DNA from: a virus
Lineage: Duplodnaviria > Caudoviricetes
Virus record (IMG/VR): IMGVR_UViG_3300032305_000808
Location: 1 to 29,256 of that record
Length of the DNA stretch: 29,256 nucleotides
Direction: 5' to 3' (one strand)
Shown: positions 25,540-29,256 of the stretch, one piece after another
How the letters are laid out: each line of letters begins with the position of its first letter
Position numbering within the stretch: position 1 is the first letter of the stretch
The notes under the pieces: generated by a model
What the model was told of the DNA's origin: nothing
The model's database searches: none
Seen by the model: the letters and a program-made list of their open reading frames with translations, nothing else
Position numbers and translations under genes: made by a program

Positions 25540-25850
25540 AGGAGCAAGCGTATGAAAACCTAAAATTTGCATTGGGCAAATTAGGTTGGACAGCATACGA
25601 TTATTATACGGCCCTGCCAGTGGAGTTTTACGCCGCATGTGAGGGTTATATGGAGCGGCAAAAGGAGTCAGCATTAGTGATTCGCTTTGCCGCTTTTCGT
25701 GTTGCCGAAAGCATGGCAGGTAGCAAAGCGGTGGGCAAGATTGATCGGTTTTGGCCAATTGCGGATAATGAGGTAAAACCAAAAGCGAAGGCAATGACAA
25801 AGGAGCAATACGATGAGATTATGAAACGGCACGGCTTAAAAATTAAATAA
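25533..25850 (+). CDS. gpT-like frameshift extension of the tail chaperone
   Basis: -1 frame reads SVKEQAYENLKFALGKLGWTAYDYYTALPVEF...; no ATG start of its own (only TTG 25572). Confidence 0.72.
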   Translation, partial: SVKEQAYENLKFALGKLGWTAYDYYTALPVEFYAACEGYMERQKESALVIRFAAFRVAESMAGSKAVGKIDRFWPIADNEVKPKAKAMTKEQYDEIMKRHGLKIK

Positions 25851-27916
25851 TGGCAGAGGAAATAAAAATAAATATTGGGGCCGATTCGTCAAAGTTGCAG
25901 GCGGAATTACAAAAGGCCGAAAATGAGTTAAAGCAATTTCAAGCCGCGTTGAAAAAAACAACGGACGTTGCCGAAATTCAAAAGTTGCAAACCAATGTAA
26001 AGGGGTTAGAAACGCAAATTGGTTCGTTGAGGGGCGGGATGCAAAAGTTAACACCTGCCAGCAACACCGCAACCCAATCATTAACCAATTTATCCCGTGT
26101 TGCCCAGGATGCGCCGTTTGGGTTTATTGGTATTGCGAACAACTTAAACCCGCTTTTTGAATCATTTACAAGATTAAGAAGTGAAACGGGCAGCACCGGC
26201 GGAGCATTAAAAGCGTTGGTATCGAGTTTAGGCGGAGCGGGCGGTATTGGTTTGGCGTTGGGTTTGGTTACATCCGCATTACAATTTGCGGCGGTTGGTT
26301 TTACTGCATGGATTGGCAAAACAAAAGAGGCAAAAGAGGCGGCGGACGAAACTAAAAAGGCCCTCAATTCAATTTACAATGAGCAAGGCAAAGAGGCAAC
26401 GCAGGTTGTTTCATTGATTGCCATTTTAAATAATGAAACGGAAACGCGTAAACGCAAATTAGATGCGTTAAATGAGTTGAAAAAAATTAACCCGCAAATA
26501 TTTTCGGGTTTAAAATTGGAACAAGGGGCGGTTGAGGGGTTAGATGCGGCTTATTCGGCCTATATTGCCAACCTTAAAAATGTTGTTGCGGCTAAAATAA
26601 TACAACAAAGATTAGAAAAAGAGTTAGCCAAATTAGTTGAATTAGAGGGTAAAACGCAAACAAAATCCGAGAAACAAAGGGCCGAGCTTGCTAAAAACTT
26701 TGCAAAACAAAGAACCAACGATCTTAGAAAATTGGGAGCAGAGGGCGCAAATTTTGCCAATCAAATAGAGGAGCAAAATAATGCATTAATTGCTCAAAAG
26801 GATGCCATAAAAAATTCACAAATTGCATTAGCAAATTTAACAATTAAGGAATTAACCTCTGATTTAACAGCGTTAAGCAATGGGATTAAGTTAACAGGCA
26901 ATGAAAGTAAAAAGGCAACAAAGGAAATTGAAACAATTGATGGCGTTTTAAAAGAGTTACAAAATAATTTAGCAAATGCAATACAGGTTGGTATTGCATT
27001 AAAAACACCGAAAGCCGAAGTAGTAAAAGAGGAAATTAAATTAATTGAGGGAGCCATTCAAAAATTAATTTCAGATTTAAATGTAGCCCCTGATGATCAA
27101 ATAATAAAAGGGTTAAAAGCACAAATTAATTTATTAGGTAATGAGTTTAATAAATTACCCGCCGAAAAAATATTTTCCTCCACAAATGATAAGGTAATTG
27201 CGTTAGAAAATCAACTAAAAAAATTACAAAACCAATTAAAAACAACATTCACACCGGAGGGTATTAGTAATTTAAAAACCCAAATTGGTACCATTGAGCA
27301 GGAAATAACAAAGTTAGGCGGGCGCGGTTTGTTTAATATAAAGATTTTGCCTAAAATTGAAATCCCTGATATTGATTTAACTAAGTTGGTTGAATTATCG
27401 GAGGGGTTAAATAAATTCTTCAAAGATACATTTAACGGCGTATCGGTAGCAATTGGCGATGCATTGGGAGCAGCGTTATCGGGCGAAAATATAGGCTCAT
27501 TTTTCGATAATATTTTTAAAATTATTGGTACAGGTTTGCAGGAGTTGGGAAAATATTTTATTGCATCCGCTGAATTAATAAAATTAATTAAGGAATCATT
27601 GGCATTAAAGCCAGGCGCTGCATTGATTGCAGGCATTGCCCTGGTTGCATTGGGTTCTTTTATTGCGAACCAGGCAAGCAAAAAACAAGCGTTTGCCGTT
27701 GGTACCCGTAATGCACCGGGCGGGGTTGCGTTGATTGGTGAGCGTGGGCCGGAATTGGTGAGTTTACCCGGCGGTTCGCAAGTGGTGCCCGCAGCGCAAA
27801 CGGCGGCAATGATGGGCGGCGTTGGCGGATCAATTGAGGTTTTTGGAATGTTGCGCGGGCAGGATATTTATTTTAGTAATAAAAAATATGGCCAAACATA
27901 CGGCCGAACAACTTAA
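25850..27916 (+). CDS. Tape measure protein
   Basis: 688 aa, helical, Ala/Leu/Lys-rich; VAQDAPFG; C-terminal FAVGTRNAPGGVALIGERGPELV. Confidence 0.9.
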   Translation: MAEEIKINIGADSSKLQAELQKAENELKQFQAALKKTTDVAEIQKLQTNVKGLETQIGSLRGGMQKLTPASNTATQSLTNLSRVAQDAPFGFIGIANNLNPLFESFTRLRSETGSTGGALKALVSSLGGAGGIGLALGLVTSALQFAAVGFTAWIGKTKEAKEAADETKKALNSIYNEQGKEATQVVSLIAILNNETETRKRKLDALNELKKINPQIFSGLKLEQGAVEGLDAAYSAYIANLKNVVAAKIIQQRLEKELAKLVELEGKTQTKSEKQRAELAKNFAKQRTNDLRKLGAEGANFANQIEEQNNALIAQKDAIKNSQIALANLTIKELTSDLTALSNGIKLTGNESKKATKEIETIDGVLKELQNNLANAIQVGIALKTPKAEVVKEEIKLIEGAIQKLISDLNVAPDDQIIKGLKAQINLLGNEFNKLPAEKIFSSTNDKVIALENQLKKLQNQLKTTFTPEGISNLKTQIGTIEQEITKLGGRGLFNIKILPKIEIPDIDLTKLVELSEGLNKFFKDTFNGVSVAIGDALGAALSGENIGSFFDNIFKIIGTGLQELGKYFIASAELIKLIKESLALKPGAALIAGIALVALGSFIANQASKKQAFAVGTRNAPGGVALIGERGPELVSLPGGSQVVPAAQTAAMMGGVGGSIEVFGMLRGQDIYFSNKKYGQTYGRTT

Positions 27917-27921
27917 TACGT

Positions 27922-29256
27922 ATGCCATACGGTTTAAAATATTTTGCGGAGTTTAACACCATTTCAAGCCAAAACCTAACATTTAGGTTAGAGATAAGTA
28001 AAAAAGATTATACCGGCGATGAAACGGAAATAACGTTAACATCAACCGGATGTGTACAGGAATGGCAGGAGGATAACCCGTTTGCACCAATTAAAGGATG
28101 CACGTTAAATATTGGCATTATTAATGATGGCACCGTTTCATTGGATGATTTTTACAGCGAAGAGGATGATGCATTTTATGTTGAATTGATACGTACCGAC
28201 ACAATGATGACATTGTTTCGCGGTTATGTTTTGCAGGATGATTCGCAGGAGGTTGTATTGGATTATTCGCACGAATTAAATATTATTGCAACTGATAATT
28301 TGGGCACATTAAAGAGCGTTAAATTAAATGATGCAGCGTTAAAATACGGCACACCGGTAACATATACCAACATTGATTTAACGGCATTGGGTGCGAGTTT
28401 TTACACAAATCGGCCCGAATTAGCGGCATTAAAGCCAGGGCAACAATTCACGATTAGTGGTTCGTTATATGTAGGTACTTATACCTGTTTGTCAATTTCT
28501 TACAATGATGTATTGGCAAATTGGATAATTTACACGGGGCAAGGTTTGCCAAATTTTACAACGTTATCATCAACCGTTACATTCGATACATCCGTTAATA
28601 TTTCTGGTTATGTTTCTTTATTAACGTTGGTTCGTATGTGTTTAAAATCAACCAACATTACATGCGGGTTAAATGTTGCAACTAAATTATACCCGCAAGG
28701 TGGCACCGTTGCACGTTGGTTGGATAGTACCGTAATATTGGGCAGCACATTTCAAAATAATGATGCATGGGATAGTTGTTATGATGTTATGGAGAAAATA
28801 ATGAGCCGTTTTAATGCTTCATTATTTCAAACGTGGGGCGAATGGTACATTGTGCGAATTGGTGAGGTATTTTCATCTTATGCCCGTGATCCTAAATATG
28901 CGATTGAGTTTAACCAATACACAGATAATTTTGTTTATTTGGGGGAAGAGTCAAACAACCAAAATTTTTTAATAAATAAAAATGATATTGAAACGGGTTT
29001 ATTAAAATCAATTATCAGGCCTTACAAATCCGTAACAGAAACTTTTAATTATGATCAGCAAACGGGGTTAATTAAAAATACAGATTTGAAGGATGAGGGC
29101 GATTTACGCAATCAATATGCAAGCGGCGCAAATACCGTTTACGAATATGAGCCAACATTTTGGACAAAACAAAGCGGATCCGATGCATTTATTAGAGTTG
29201 TAAAAGATAATACAAATAAAGAGTTAAGCCGCGAATTGATTGTTACGGGTAACCCA
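27922..29256 (+). CDS. 5' part of large tail-tip/baseplate protein (continues at 1-1269)
   Basis: ATG 27922 MPYGLKYFAEF...LEISKKDYTG...ATDNLGTLK...FNASLFQTWGEWYIVR; not in the ORF track because it has no stop before the window end. Confidence 0.85.
   Translation, partial: MPYGLKYFAEFNTISSQNLTFRLEISKKDYTGDETEITLTSTGCVQEWQEDNPFAPIKGCTLNIGIINDGTVSLDDFYSEEDDAFYVELIRTDTMMTLFRGYVLQDDSQEVVLDYSHELNIIATDNLGTLKSVKLNDAALKYGTPVTYTNIDLTALGASFYTNRPELAALKPGQQFTISGSLYVGTYTCLSISYNDVLANWIIYTGQGLPNFTTLSSTVTFDTSVNISGYVSLLTLVRMCLKSTNITCGLNVATKLYPQGGTVARWLDSTVILGSTFQNNDAWDSCYDVMEKIMSRFNASLFQTWGEWYIVRIGEVFSSYARDPKYAIEFNQYTDNFVYLGEESNNQNFLINKNDIETGLLKSIIRPYKSVTETFNYDQQTGLIKNTDLKDEGDLRNQYASGANTVYEYEPTFWTKQSGSDAFIRVVKDNTNKELSRELIVTGNP
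29134..29256. repeat. Terminal direct repeat, copy 2 (circular assembly overlap)
   Basis: Identical to 1-123. Confidence 0.97.

Noticed and set aside
250-27681. Minus-strand and alternative-frame ORFs in the supplied track
   Set aside because: All overlap well-supported + strand genes and show no motifs; they are treated as shadow ORFs
1-29256. Stop-codon reassignment, tRNA genes or introns
   Set aside because: Genes tile densely under the standard code, with TAA, TGA and TAG all used as stops; no cloverleaf or interrupted core gene was seen

Overview
The window is a complete, circularly assembled genome of a small siphovirus-type tailed phage. Positions 1-123 are repeated exactly at 29134-29256, giving a 29,133 bp unit. 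All credible genes lie on the + strand. The host is most likely Bacteroidota (possibly Chitinophagaceae-like): there is a consensus TTTG-N21-TAnnTTTG promoter, A-rich leaders without Shine-Dalgarno, a Q-rule signal peptide and a u-spanin. From the promoter at ~6400 the gene order is: early micro-ORFs, PD-(D/E)XK exonuclease, SSB-like protein, N4/N6 DNA methyltransferase, SF2 helicase, VRR-NUC nuclease, primase-polymerase/SF3 helicase with an adjacent iteron-rich origin, terminase, portal, gpF-like protein, HK97 protease and capsid, neck, tail tube, frameshifted tail chaperone, tape measure, large tail-tip protein (spans the assembly junction), fibre-like protein and lysis cassette. I recognised no integrase, repressor, tRNA, CRISPR array or reverse transcriptase. 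The most unusual observations are: (i) a fibre/RBP-like protein with an apparent Sec signal peptide; (ii) three tail-tube-fold genes, one fused to a DUF1566/C-type-lectin-like domain; (iii) a candidate small RNA after the endolysin that is complementary to translation-start regions of phage genes; (iv) strong, strand-specific depletion of the CT dinucleotide, which also highlights recently acquired modules. All family assignments come from motif recognition by eye, not from database searches.
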